A DNA stretch of 60,699 nt, filler included, from Candidatus Woesearchaeota archaeon (GCA_016188265.1; 4 parts of 4 records of this genome joined end to end with filler, not necessarily neighbours in it); one strand, 5' to 3'. Positions 47,924 through 58,303 are shown, counted from the first letter of the whole stretch. The notes: a model not told the origin generated them from the letters alone. Translations and numbers: made by a program.

Positions 47924-48647
47924 GCTTGTTTAACAGATTTTTGTGTTTATATGTTTTTTGGCATTTGCTGTTTAAAGGGCAATTATTACATTCTGGTTTT
48001 TTTTTGCAATATTGTTTTGCATGTTTTACTATTAACGCATGAAATTCATTAAATAATTTAAAATCACAATCTAATCTTTCATGAAACATTTTTTGAAGTT
48101 CATGATAACTAATATCTTTTTCACAAAAGCCTAATCTGGAAAATATTCTTTTGGTGTATGCATCAATTACAAAAACTGGTTTTTTTGCTGCATACAAAAT
48201 AATACTGTCAGCAGTTTCAGGCCCTATTCCATGCATAGAAAGAAGTTCTTGTCTTAAATTCTGCAATGGTTTGTTAAAGAATTTATTAATTGAACCTGAA
48301 TAATTGTTTAGAAGGTATTTTGCGAAAAGAATTAATCGTTCAGCTTTCTGATTAAAATAACCTGAAGAACGAATTAGTTGAGCTAACTTGCTTTGATCTA
48401 TTTTTGCTAATTTGTTAACATTGATTAGCTTATTTTTGTTCAATTGCATTATTGCTTTTTCAACATTAGTCCAACTTGTGTTCTGCGTCAATATAGCGCC
48501 GATGCATACTTCAAGCATTTGTTTTTCTGAAAAAGCCTTTCTTTTCTTGTATTCTGGAAATACTTCGCCTTTATCAGTTACAGGCCACCAGCCCTGCTTT
48601 CCATAAGCGTCAATTAATGCGTGATAAACCTGATTAATTTTCTTCAT
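47910..48647 (-). CDS. endonuclease III-related HhH-GPD glycosylase with Fe-S cluster
   Basis: GAILTQNTSW, GIGPETAD, VIDAY, CKKKPECNNCPLNSKC; GGAG before ATG 48647. Confidence 0.92.
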   Translation of the reverse strand: MKKINQVYHALIDAYGKQGWWPVTDKGEVFPEYKKRKAFSEKQMLEVCIGAILTQNTSWTNVEKAIMQLNKNKLINVNKLAKIDQSKLAQLIRSSGYFNQKAERLILFAKYLLNNYSGSINKFFNKPLQNLRQELLSMHGIGPETADSIILYAAKKPVFVIDAYTKRIFSRLGFCEKDISYHELQKMFHERLDCDFKLFNEFHALIVKHAKQYCKKKPECNNCPLNSKCQKTYKHKNLLNKHDYT

Positions 48648-48721
48648 AGTTCTTCTCCTTTTGCTTTGCAATAAAACCAACAGCAGAAGAAAATATTGGT
48701 AGATATAACTTTTTCTCTTTG

Positions 48722-48811
48722 TTAGTTGAGGACATGAATAAAGCATATATTATTCAACCTCAACTAAATTGAAAAAGACAAACTATTTTATATGTTGCTT
48801 TTGTCTTTTTC
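48722..48811. repeat. two-unit GACA hairpin repeat
   Basis: GTTGAGG..CCTCAAC + GAAAAAGACAAA..TTTGTCTTTTTC. Confidence 0.8.
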
Positions 48812-49004
48812 TATGTTTATTAACTCTAGATTTAGTTGCAATTGATCGAGTACCATCGAAGCTAGAGGAACTGAGAAGTTAATTGCAAAGTTAAAACAAA
48901 ATCAAACTAAAAAGTCAAAGTAGGCTTTAATTTCCGTAATATTTACAGACCACTGGACAAATGTGCGCGTAAGGTATATAAATCAAGTAGTTAATAAATA
49001 TTGC

Positions 49005-49844
49005 ATGACTGAAAATAAATTAGTTGTATTTGAGGACAAAAAAATAAGAAGAATATTACATAATGAAGAGTGGTATTTCTCTGTGATAGATGTAGTTGAG
49101 GTTTTAACTGACAGCAATAATCCTAATAGGTACTGGTCTGATTTGAAAATTAAATTGAATGAAGAGGGAGTTCAGTTATACGATATTATCGTACAACTGA
49201 AATTACCTGCAAATGATAGTAAATATTATTCTACAGATTGCGCAAATACTCAATCTATGTTTAGGATTATTCAGTCCATTCCTTCAAAAAAAGCCGAACC
49301 TTTCAAGCAATGGCTAGCACAGTTGGGACAAGAGAGAATTGAAGAAATAGAAAACCCTGAGCTAGGTCAAGATAGAATAAAAGAATACTACGAGTTGAAA
49401 GGCTACCCTAAAGAATGGATTGATAAAAGATTAAGAGGCATAGCAATAAGACAAGATCTGACCTACGAATGGAAGAACAGAAACGTGAAAGAAGGTCAAG
49501 AATTCGCAATTCTAACTGACGAAATAACTAAAGCTACTTTTGGTAAAACTGTTAAAGAATACAAGGAGTTCAAAGGTTTGGAAAGAAAGAACCAGAATTT
49601 ACGCGATCACATGACTGATTGGGAATTAATTCTTAATATGTTGGGAGAGAAAGCCACAACAGAAATAACTGTTGCGAAAAATTCTCAAGGTTTTGATGAG
49701 TGCAAAACTTCAGCGAATGATGGCGGAAATATTGCGAAGAACACCAGAGTTGAAATAGAGCAAAAGATAGGTAAGAGTCTTGTCTCAAAAAATAATTATG
49801 CTCACCTGACAAAGAAAAGAAAGAAACTAATTGAGGCAAAATAA
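49005..49844 (+). CDS. Bro-N domain protein (phage antirepressor-like)
   Basis: EEWYFSVIDV, YWSDLK, IQSIPSKKAEPFKQWLA, NLRDHMT. Confidence 0.9.
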   Translation: MTENKLVVFEDKKIRRILHNEEWYFSVIDVVEVLTDSNNPNRYWSDLKIKLNEEGVQLYDIIVQLKLPANDSKYYSTDCANTQSMFRIIQSIPSKKAEPFKQWLAQLGQERIEEIENPELGQDRIKEYYELKGYPKEWIDKRLRGIAIRQDLTYEWKNRNVKEGQEFAILTDEITKATFGKTVKEYKEFKGLERKNQNLRDHMTDWELILNMLGEKATTEITVAKNSQGFDECKTSANDGGNIAKNTRVEIEQKIGKSLVSKNNYAHLTKKRKKLIEAK

Positions 49845-49846
49845 CT

Positions 49847-50497
49847 ATGCCTTTTAAACTATCTCCATCAACTATTCATTTATTTGAAGAATGTCCTAGA
49901 TGTTTTTGGCTTCAGTTTAATAAAGGCATTAAAAGACCTGATGCTATTTTTCCATCACTGCCTTCAGGTATTGATAATATTCTAAAAAAACATTTTGATT
50001 TTTTTCTAGAAAAAGAAAAACTTCCTCCTGCTTTAAAAGATTTGAAAGATGTTAAATTATTTGATGACTTAGAATTATTAAAAGTCTGGCGAAATGCAAG
50101 AAAAGGATTGCAGTTTGTTGATGAAAAAGGAAATGTATTGCATGGTGCGATTGATGCGCTATTAAAGAAAGGAAATAAGTTGATTGTTCTTGATTACAAA
50201 ACAAGAGGTTTTCCTTTAAAAGAAGATACTGTTGATCATTATAAGACTCAATTAGATATTTACAATTTTTTATTGAGAAAAAACAATTATTTAACTGAAG
50301 ATTATTCTTATCTTCTATTCTATGTTTCCCGGGAAGTTGATATTGAAGGAACAATATTATTTGATACTGAACTTGTTAAAGTAGCTGTTAATATTGAACA
50401 TGCTGAAAATGTTTTGAAAAACGCAATTAATGTATTAGAAGGAGATCTGCCTAAAAAAAATCTTGATTGTAATTATTGTTTATATAGGTCTTCTTAA
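49847..50497 (+). CDS. PD-(D/E)XK nuclease
   Basis: LSPS..ECPRCFW, GAIDAL, VLDYKT, QLDIY, CNYC. Confidence 0.88.
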   Translation: MPFKLSPSTIHLFEECPRCFWLQFNKGIKRPDAIFPSLPSGIDNILKKHFDFFLEKEKLPPALKDLKDVKLFDDLELLKVWRNARKGLQFVDEKGNVLHGAIDALLKKGNKLIVLDYKTRGFPLKEDTVDHYKTQLDIYNFLLRKNNYLTEDYSYLLFYVSREVDIEGTILFDTELVKVAVNIEHAENVLKNAINVLEGDLPKKNLDCNYCLYRSS

Positions 50498-50542
50498 TGC
50501 TAAATTTGTCCAGTTGCGTAGAAACTGCAATATGTTTTATTA

Positions 50543-50923
50543 TTAAACTAGGATTCCGTTAATAACTCCTTCTTGGCCCGGTCTATTTGTTACTTTTACT
50601 TTTCCAAGATCAGTATCAATAATTGCTCCTTTAGTTATTACATTCATACGAACAAAATTCCTATTTGCAGAATTTTCTTTTACTGTTTTAATTTTTGCTT
50701 GAGCATGAGCTTTTTTTTTAGGATCAAAAGCATTGATTGTATCAGTTGATCTTACTCTTAGTTTTTTCCCGTTAAATTTAGTTCTAACTTTAACAACATC
50801 TTTTTCTCCTATTATTGTTAAAGTAGGTGAATGTCCTAACTCGTATTTTTTTTTCTTACGATATTTAGTGTACATGCCTCCACTAGGCGTGTGGCCTGAT
50901 CTTCTGCTTTGGATTATTGTCAT
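50543..50923 (-). CDS. rps8e: 30S ribosomal protein S8e
   Basis: KKKYELG, NVITKGAII, VTNRPGQEGVINGIL. Confidence 0.96.
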   Translation of the reverse strand: MTIIQSRRSGHTPSGGMYTKYRKKKKYELGHSPTLTIIGEKDVVKVRTKFNGKKLRVRSTDTINAFDPKKKAHAQAKIKTVKENSANRNFVRMNVITKGAIIDTDLGKVKVTNRPGQEGVINGILV

Positions 50924-50985
50924 TCTCGTGGTTAAATAGTGAAGCATTTATAAAGTTTACTTTCTATAATAGTCTAAAAAAGCAA

Positions 50986-52074
50986 ATGGTGAGCGACGTT
51001 AAGGTTAAAAAAGGATATCTTGTTTTGTATTTTTGTTTTGATGTAGGATCAGAAATACATCTTGATAAAGTTGCAACTGTTTTAGGTAAAGCTATTCATG
51101 AAAGCAAACTTGAATGCAATAGGCTTACTCAGCAGTATGTTCAATACAGAATTCCACCTTTACAAATAAAACTCGATGAAAAAAAGATTTCTGATGTTGC
51201 AGTTCCATGTTCAGTTGATCTTAAACTTTATGATTTTGGCGTAATAACTGTAAGGTACTGGATTCCTATTAAAGGAGATTTTGAAGAGATTGGTTCTATT
51301 TGTTATAATCTTGTTGAAAATAATAAGATTGAAGCTCAAGCTAAAAAAGAAGTGCAATATTTTAAAGAAAAAATAAAAGAACTTATAGAACAACCAGCTT
51401 TTGATGTTCTGGAATCCTATGCAATAGTATATGTTCAGGAATTAGATAAGAATATTCCTGCAAAATCTTTATTTAAAAAATATAGTTTAAAAATTGCTAA
51501 ATTTTTAAGGCCCGAAAAACAGCACTTAAGCAAAGAAGAGCTCGCAGATGCTATTAAAAATCCTCTTTCTTATTTTGAAAATGACTTGACAATTATTGAT
51601 TGGAATGCAGCATTTATCCTTGATCCTACTGAAAGTTATGATGTTTTAGATATTGTTGAGTACGCTGTAATAGAGCTTTTAGAATTGCGTACTTATGATA
51701 AATACCTTGATGATGAAACTGAGAAAGCTTATGATGTACTTAGTAATGCTCGAGGGTTAAAAGCATTCAAATCTTTGCATAGCACTCTTGAAATGCTGGC
51801 TCAAATTCGTTTAGAAGTTCTAGAGGTTATGGAGAAAGTTGAGAATTCTTTAAAACTAATAGGTGACTTGTATCTTGCTAAAGTTTACCAATCTGCATCC
51901 CAAAGATTTTACCTAGATAAATGGAAAGCTTCAGTTAAGTCAAAACTTGACACACTTGTAACAACATACACTATGCTTTCTGATAAAATAGAAGCAAGCA
52001 GAAATTTCATACTTGAGTTTATTATTGTAATGCTATTTATCATTGATATAATTCTTTTATTAACTGGGCTTTAA
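50986..52074 (+). CDS. RMD1/DUF155-like protein with C-terminal TM
   Basis: FDVG, LYDFGV, IIDWNAAF, LELRTYD, LEFIIVMLF. Confidence 0.6.
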   Translation: MVSDVKVKKGYLVLYFCFDVGSEIHLDKVATVLGKAIHESKLECNRLTQQYVQYRIPPLQIKLDEKKISDVAVPCSVDLKLYDFGVITVRYWIPIKGDFEEIGSICYNLVENNKIEAQAKKEVQYFKEKIKELIEQPAFDVLESYAIVYVQELDKNIPAKSLFKKYSLKIAKFLRPEKQHLSKEELADAIKNPLSYFENDLTIIDWNAAFILDPTESYDVLDIVEYAVIELLELRTYDKYLDDETEKAYDVLSNARGLKAFKSLHSTLEMLAQIRLEVLEVMEKVENSLKLIGDLYLAKVYQSASQRFYLDKWKASVKSKLDTLVTTYTMLSDKIEASRNFILEFIIVMLFIIDIILLLTGL

Positions 52075-52097
52075 TAAAAATTTTATTCCAGCATTTG

Positions 52098-52778
52098 TTA
52101 AACAACATCCTTTGGCAGCAGGAATTGTTTGTTTTTGAATTTATATAAAGTTGCTGGGCGGTGTATTCCTTCCATTTTTGTCTCAGAAGTTGGCTCTACT
52201 ATATTGAAGGAGAATATCTTTTTTCTAAAATTTCGTTTGTCAAGCTTTTTATTCAAAATGATTTCATATAATTTCTGCAATTCGGTGAGTGTGAATTTTT
52301 TTGGCAAAAGCTGAAAGCCTACTGTTGTGTATTCTAGTTTGTAGCGCAGTCTTACTAATGAATAATCAATAATTTGTTGGTGGTCAAAGGCGAGTTTTGG
52401 CAGATTATACATTGAAAACCATTTTGCTGCTTCAACATCTGTTTTTGGTTGCAGTTTTATTTTTGAAGAGTCTAGCAAAGCAAAGTATGCTATAGTTATT
52501 ACTCTTCCACGAGGGTCTCGTGCAGGGTTTCCGAAAGTGTATAATTGTTCTAAATACACATCTTTTACTCCTGTTTCTTCTTGTAATTCTCTTAGTGCTG
52601 CTGCTTCAAGGTTTTCTTCAATGTGTACAAATCCTCCTGGCAATGCCCACATTCTTTGAAATGGAGGAAGTTTTCTTTTAACCAATAATACTTTCAGATC
52701 ATTATCTTTTACTGTGAATATAATTATGTCAACAGTTACAAAAGGATGCGGATACTTTTCAAGCTTTTTTTCAGCCAT
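52098..52778 (-). CDS. nrtR: NrtR-type Nudix-related transcriptional regulator
   Basis: Nudix box GGF..E..AALRELQEETG + wHTH FTLTELQ..LDKRNFRKK..RPATLY. Confidence 0.9.
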   Translation of the reverse strand: MAEKKLEKYPHPFVTVDIIIFTVKDNDLKVLLVKRKLPPFQRMWALPGGFVHIEENLEAAALRELQEETGVKDVYLEQLYTFGNPARDPRGRVITIAYFALLDSSKIKLQPKTDVEAAKWFSMYNLPKLAFDHQQIIDYSLVRLRYKLEYTTVGFQLLPKKFTLTELQKLYEIILNKKLDKRNFRKKIFSFNIVEPTSETKMEGIHRPATLYKFKNKQFLLPKDVV

Positions 52779-52794
52779 AAATGTTAATTAGAAA

Positions 52795-52911
52795 TTATTG
52801 TTTATAAATATTAGCTGCATTTTGTTCAGCAAGAAAATTACACAGATCTTCATCAGAAGATTCTTTATACAGTTCATGTGCACTTTTCTTATAGACAACT
52901 ATAACTTTCAT
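52795..52911 (-). pseudogene. 38-aa ORF, possible N-terminal remnant of an NAD kinase-like gene
   Basis: MKVIVVYKKSAHELY..; between nadA and nrtR; family match is recollection only. Confidence 0.35.
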
Positions 52912-52943
52912 AATTCAGTGTATTATTGTTACAATTTTTATTT

Positions 52944-54041
52944 TTAATCTTTAGGTATTGCAAGCATTCTTTGAATAGGAATTATTGCTTTGCGCCTGAT
53001 ATCTTCTTGAACATTAATTTCAGGTTGTTCAGTTTCTAATGCATTTGCTATTTTTTGTAATCTTATTTTTGCCATGTGCTGACAAGCTATTGCGCAAGTG
53101 CGTATAAATTGAATATTAGGAAATTCAGCCTGAAGATTTGCTGTCATCTCACATTCAGTGCCTAAATAAACTCTTTCTAAGCTAAGATGTTCTGAGAGGT
53201 ATTTTATCATGCCTGAAGTGCTTCCGCAATAATCTGCTTCTTCTCTTACTTCAGGCCTGCATTCTAAGTGAACAAGCGCTGCTGTTTTTGGATTTTTTTC
53301 TCCTACTCTTTGTTTTGGCAGCTTATATTGCTGTCTAATTGCTCTGACCATTTCAAGAGTGATTTGTTCATGAACTTCGCAAGCTCCATAATTGTTATCA
53401 TACTTGCTAGGATAAATAATATCTATATCCAAACCAGCTGAATATACTTCTTCCTGTAGATTTGCACCCATTAAAGAATCTGGCAAAAACAATACTCTGT
53501 CAACACCAAATTCTTTAGCAGCATGTTTAACTACATTTAATCCATTTGATGATGTGCAGCAATAATCAGCTTCTGTTTTAGCATCAGCATAAGAATTAAT
53601 ATACAATATTACTGGTAATCCAGGATATTGTTTTTTATATGCTCTAACATTTTCTGCTCTGCAAGGATCTGCCAAACTGCAGCCGGCAGTCTCATCTGCA
53701 ATCAAAACCTTTTTATCAGGATTAAGGATTTTGGCAGTTTCAGCCATAAACCTTACACCATTAAATAATATGAGGGGATTTGTTGCTTTTGCTGCATATT
53801 GCGCCAGCTGTAAAGAATCTCCTCTGGCTTCTTTTGGAGAAATATGAAATACTAATGGAGCCATATAATTATGGCCGAGGATTAATGCATTTTTGCTTTG
53901 CTGCAATTCTAGTATTTTTCTTACAATATCTTTCTGTGCTAGAAACTCTAACTGCTGGTCTTTTCCAGTTTGTTTTATGGCTGAATCTATTTCTAATAAC
54001 TTCATTTCAAGTTGCATAGTATTAAGCATAGTTTTTACCAT
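52944..54041 (-). CDS. nadA: quinolinate synthase
   Basis: LGHNY, GDSL, FMAETAK, GCSLA, YINS, CEVH, HLEC, GSTSGM, CQHM. Confidence 0.95.
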   Translation of the reverse strand: MVKTMLNTMQLEMKLLEIDSAIKQTGKDQQLEFLAQKDIVRKILELQQSKNALILGHNYMAPLVFHISPKEARGDSLQLAQYAAKATNPLILFNGVRFMAETAKILNPDKKVLIADETAGCSLADPCRAENVRAYKKQYPGLPVILYINSYADAKTEADYCCTSSNGLNVVKHAAKEFGVDRVLFLPDSLMGANLQEEVYSAGLDIDIIYPSKYDNNYGACEVHEQITLEMVRAIRQQYKLPKQRVGEKNPKTAALVHLECRPEVREEADYCGSTSGMIKYLSEHLSLERVYLGTECEMTANLQAEFPNIQFIRTCAIACQHMAKIRLQKIANALETEQPEINVQEDIRRKAIIPIQRMLAIPKD

Positions 54042-54043
54042 AA

Positions 54044-54064
54044 TTAGTGTATTTTAGACACTAT
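54044..54064. promoter_or_regulatory. putative NrtR operator TAGTGT-N7-ACACTA
   Basis: Palindrome between TATA (54068-54075, minus) and nadA ATG. Confidence 0.75.
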
Positions 54065-54130
54065 TAGTATATAAATCTTTCTAAATCTAGACTTTTGCAT
54101 TTTATAAGTAAATAGACAAAAGTATAGGTT

Positions 54131-54225
54131 CTAAAGTTTTGCCTAGATTAATAAAACACGACAAACTGCATTGCAGTTTGTGTGCGCTGAAATTCAAAAA
54201 ATTTCATGCGAACACAAAACTTTAG
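54131..54225. repeat. nested hairpin element related to module D
   Basis: CTAAAGTTTTG/CAAAACTTTAG outer IR; inner CAAACTGCA-T-TGCAGTTTG and GCTGAAA..TTTCATGC. Confidence 0.65.
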
Positions 54226-54384
54226 TAAATTAGAGCTAATTTGATTCGACAAATCAGCTATAATGGCTATGTGTATAATGGAAGTTATAGTCATTTTGTT
54301 AAAGTCTGATCTTGTTCTTTTCTTTTAGTTTTACCAGTACACTAATAGTAAGCTTTTTATACTAGTAGCGTAATATTACGTAAT

Positions 54385-55182
54385 ATGGTAGAATGCATAA
54401 GTAGAATCAGCAAGGGAACTAAAATGGATCAGATTTACTTACCTAAGAATAGGCATGGTTTGCTTGTGGGTAGTTATGTTATAATTAAACCTCTGCAAAC
54501 TGAGGATATCAAAAAAGAAAGGCAGTATTTTGTTAATATCAAGTCTTTAGAGCAAATAAAACTTAAAATAGTTGATGAGCTATTTCGAGAATTAGACAAA
54601 ATGATAGAAAAATATGATAACATTGTTATCACTGGCTCTTTTTTGGATGAAGGTTTTAATTTTAATGATGTTGATATTTTATTAATATCTAACGAAAATG
54701 TTAATGTTGACGTTTTGTCAAAGAAGTTAGAGACAATAACTGGAGTCAAGATACACATTATTTTAATAGATACTGAAACACTATTAAATGGCTTGTCAAC
54801 AGATCCTTTGTATCAAACAATGTTGAGTAAATGCATTGCTAAGAAAAGGTTCATTTACAAAATACAACCAAAAATCGACTATAAAATTCTTGACTTTCAT
54901 TTGTTAAAAAGCAAAATACTAATAGACAATTTTGATATTTTAGACGGTTCTGAAAAGTATTATTTGACTAGAAACATGATTGCAATATTAGATTATTTGA
55001 AATTTAAAAAAGTTAGTAGGGATAAAATAGATAAGGACATTAAGAAGTTGTTTAATCTAGAATCTGTTGAATTAATAAAAAAGAATTTGCTGGACAAAGA
55101 GATCTTTCTGAAAACCTATTCGAAAACATATGATCAAACATTTAATCTAATAATGAGCCAAATTAAAAATGGCACAAAATAG
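54385..55182 (+). CDS. nucleotidyltransferase-domain protein with AbrB-like N-terminus
   Basis: ITGSF..NDVDIL (GS + DxD); QIYLPK N-terminal motif. Confidence 0.75.
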   Translation: MVECISRISKGTKMDQIYLPKNRHGLLVGSYVIIKPLQTEDIKKERQYFVNIKSLEQIKLKIVDELFRELDKMIEKYDNIVITGSFLDEGFNFNDVDILLISNENVNVDVLSKKLETITGVKIHIILIDTETLLNGLSTDPLYQTMLSKCIAKKRFIYKIQPKIDYKILDFHLLKSKILIDNFDILDGSEKYYLTRNMIAILDYLKFKKVSRDKIDKDIKKLFNLESVELIKKNLLDKEIFLKTYSKTYDQTFNLIMSQIKNGTK

Positions 55183-55571
55183 GCATAAATTAATAGACTT
55201 ATTCATAGGAAATGTAGCAAATACAGTAGTTCATAGAATCTTAGAAAAAGCAATAGATGATATAGATATTTCTAAAAAATATATCAAAGAAATTAAGAAT
55301 AGTTGGGATATAGCAAAGCAGTATAGAGAAAAAATTAATCCTTTGAACACTCCGCTGCCAGATGAAGACATTGACAAAATCAAAAGAAAAGTCAAGCAGA
55401 AAGTTAATTCTGAGCTAAACATTAGAATCGCTCAAGGGTACGAAAATATTGATCTGGAACTAGTGGAACCTCTAATTAACAAAGCGCTAGAAGAATTAAA
55501 GGTTGAAATTCCAAGACAAGAAAATAGAACTATAATTTCTAGAAAGTCTTATAAACAAAATAATAATTCCA
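55169..55571 (+). CDS. hypothetical helical protein, runs to contig end
   Basis: Overlaps nucleotidyltransferase stop; no stop before spacer. Confidence 0.7.
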
Positions 55572-55671
55572 NNNNNNNNNNNNNNNNNNNNNNNNNNNNN
55601 NNNNNNNNNNNNNNNTTAATTAATTAANNNNNNNNNNNNNNNNNNNNNNNNNNNNNNNNNNNNNNNNNNNN
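55572..55671. other. artificial contig spacer
   Basis: Ns + TTAATTAATTAA. Confidence 0.98.
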
Positions 55672-57179
55672 AGTTTTTTTTGCTTATTGCTTTCTTTTTC
55701 ACCAACTTGTTCTTTCATACTTTTAGCAATTTTTTCTCCAACAATTTTAGCTAACACTTCTATACTTGCTGATTTTACTCCTTTAACATCTTTTATGTTA
55801 TTTTTAAACAATAATCTCGCTCTTACTCTTCCAATTCCTTTAAACCTGACAAGAGGCAGTAATTCTTCTTTAATGCCGTATTTTAATCTTAAACGTAATT
55901 TGAAAATATCTCTGAGTACTGCTTGTTTTTGTTCAATTCTAGCAATTTCTGAAAGAGCATAACACAGCCAGTCTAATACTTGAAGTTTTGTTCTTATCTC
56001 GCCAGGCCTCATATTATAATTATCTAAAATAAATTCTTCTGTTTTCTCTTCAATCCATTCTTGAAATACAAATGCAGTTTTAATTGATTGCAACCAAGCA
56101 TCATAGTCTGGATCAAACATAGAAGGTTCAATATCTAAAAAAGTTGAAATATGTTCATTTGCTTTTTCTTGCAAAGAATCATACTCTTTTGCCGATATAG
56201 ATAATAATGGCCTTATTTCAAGTGTATTGCATAATAATTGCAGCAAAACAAAAGCACTTGTTGTATTGCCTGAGCGGAAAATTCCAATTCTAAGTTTTTG
56301 CGCAGTTAATGGATCTAAATATAGTTCAGCAACTCTTTTTCCTAAAAAGGTTGCACGAAATAAATCTTTTTGTTTTTGAACCAGCTCCCATTCAAATAAA
56401 AGAGAGATCATTTTATCAAGAATTTTTTTTAAACGGTCCATATCTTTATACTGGTGTGCCCAAAATGTTTTTGAAAAAAAATCATATAATCCCTCTTTTG
56501 TTGTGAAAAGCCCAACAGCAATAAGCGACAGAATATATGTTCTTAGAACAGGTTCAACTGCTAGTTTAGATAATATTGGTTCAGGCTCCCCATTGATGTA
56601 ATGCTCAATTAAGGCTTGTTTTTCAGATTCAGAGTTTGCAATTAAAATAGATTCACCATACGAGTCAAAAGAAGGCCTTCCTGCTCTTCCAATCATCTGC
56701 ATATACTCTATTACTGGAATAAAATCCATTCCATGTGCTCCGTATCTTTTAACATCGCGAATAATTGCACGAAATGCCGGAAGCTCAACACCCATTGCAA
56801 GTGTAGGTGTGCACGTTATTATTCTAATTATTCCTTTTCTAAATGATTCTTCAATTAATTCTCTTTGTTGCGAGTGAAGCCCTGAATGGTGAAATGCTAT
56901 TCCTTTTTTAACACAAAATGCCAGTCTTTCACATTGATGTGTTGGTTGTGGTAAAACCTGAAGAAGTTTTTCAGACAATTCAATCAATTCATGGCTTGCA
57001 TTTTTTTCAAATTCAAACTTTTTTTTTGATAATGTTTTTGTAATATCTTCTGCAACTTTTTCAGCGCTTCTTTTTGCATTTACAAACAAAAAAGCCTGTT
57101 TATTTTTAATGATTGTATCAATAGCTACTGTTAATACTGAATTTTGAAACAAATCTTTTAATTCATGCATTCTTGGCAT
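55672..57179 (-). CDS. Hel308/Ski2-like helicase lacking the first RecA domain
   Basis: FVNAKRSAE, FHHSGL, TPTLAMGV, QMIGRAGRP, GIGRVRAR present; no Walker A or DExH. Confidence 0.85.
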
Positions 57180-57223
57180 ATGTTTTGCTTTTTTTAATTG
57201 CCTAATTAAAGGTTGCGGAAGTA

Positions 57224-57248
57224 TAATTGAGGACATAAGTAAATTATA
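57224..57248. repeat. half copy of TAATTGAGGACATAA element
   Basis: 25/25 identical to 24283-24307. Confidence 0.7.
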
Positions 57249-57324
57249 GTAAATTATATTTTTAGATTTTGTCACTTACTAAGACTTCATAATATTTAAA
57301 AAAGAAGATAAAGAAGTTTTAATC

Positions 57325-58053
57325 ATGTCAGGAATACCTCCTGTTCCGCAATTATTTTTTGGAGTTGGGGCAACATTTGAAGTTTTATCAGCTCTAGCTG
57401 CATTTCTTATTGCTTTTTTTGGATTTAAAGTATACAATTTCGTGAATGATCGCAAATATTACTGGTTTAGTATGGCTTTTGCATTTATCACTCTTTCTTT
57501 TGTTGCAAGCGCAATAGTTCACATGCTTATTTATTTACAATTGCGTGAAGTGCTTGTTGACTTATTTTCACTCATTCATTATGGTGTTATAACTGGTTAT
57601 GTTATTTTACTTTTAACTGCATACCTTCTGCTTCTTGCAGTTTCAACAAATCTAACAAATAAAAGATTGCTAGCATTTAATTTTATTATTTTATTTATTT
57701 TAGTTTTCACTTCTGCTAATATTTTGAATACGTTTTTCCTAATTTTATTAATAATAATTGCATTTATTACCCTTAACTATTTTGAGTATTTCGCAGAAAA
57801 AACAAGTTTAACAACTTTTTTTACTTTTACATCTTTTTTTATGCTGACTATCAGCCATGCTTTATTATACTCAAAACTTGTTTTGGCAAGCCTAAGCAAT
57901 TTGTTTTACATAACTGGGTTTGCATTTCAATTCATAGGCTATTTCATATTTTTATGTTCTATAATAAGAATTCTGCTAATAAGAGAAAAAGGTTTTAAAA
58001 CTAACGTACTTACCTTAGAGAATGCCAGCATCAGGAAGAAGAAACAAACTTGA
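57325..58053 (+). CDS. 7-TM membrane protein
   Basis: About seven hydrophobic helices. Confidence 0.75.
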   Translation: MSGIPPVPQLFFGVGATFEVLSALAAFLIAFFGFKVYNFVNDRKYYWFSMAFAFITLSFVASAIVHMLIYLQLREVLVDLFSLIHYGVITGYVILLLTAYLLLLAVSTNLTNKRLLAFNFIILFILVFTSANILNTFFLILLIIIAFITLNYFEYFAEKTSLTTFFTFTSFFMLTISHALLYSKLVLASLSNLFYITGFAFQFIGYFIFLCSIIRILLIREKGFKTNVLTLENASIRKKKQT

Positions 58054-58303
58054 GATTATCTATGATATTCTGAAAGCAATGCATGACAAAGGAGGCCGTA
58101 TTAAACCAACCCATCTTCTTTACAAGTCTAATCTTTCACACCAAAGAATGAAGGAATATGTTGATGAGCTTAAAATAAAAGGGCTTATTGCAGAAGAACA
58201 GCAGTCTGAAGAAAAATATCTTTACGCCTTAACTACACAAGGGTATGACTTTTTGTCTAATTACCAGAAATTACATGAGTTTACAGAAACCTTCGGTTTA
58301 TAA
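58022..58303 (+). CDS. archaeal winged-helix transcriptional regulator
   Basis: RRNKLEIIYDIL..KPTHLLYKSNLS..LTTQG. Confidence 0.88.
   Translation: MPASGRRNKLEIIYDILKAMHDKGGRIKPTHLLYKSNLSHQRMKEYVDELKIKGLIAEEQQSEEKYLYALTTQGYDFLSNYQKLHEFTETFGL

Noticed and set aside
54256..54295. attC-like site (CTATAA..GTTATAG)
   Set aside because: Single short imperfect copy; no integron integrase or cassette array
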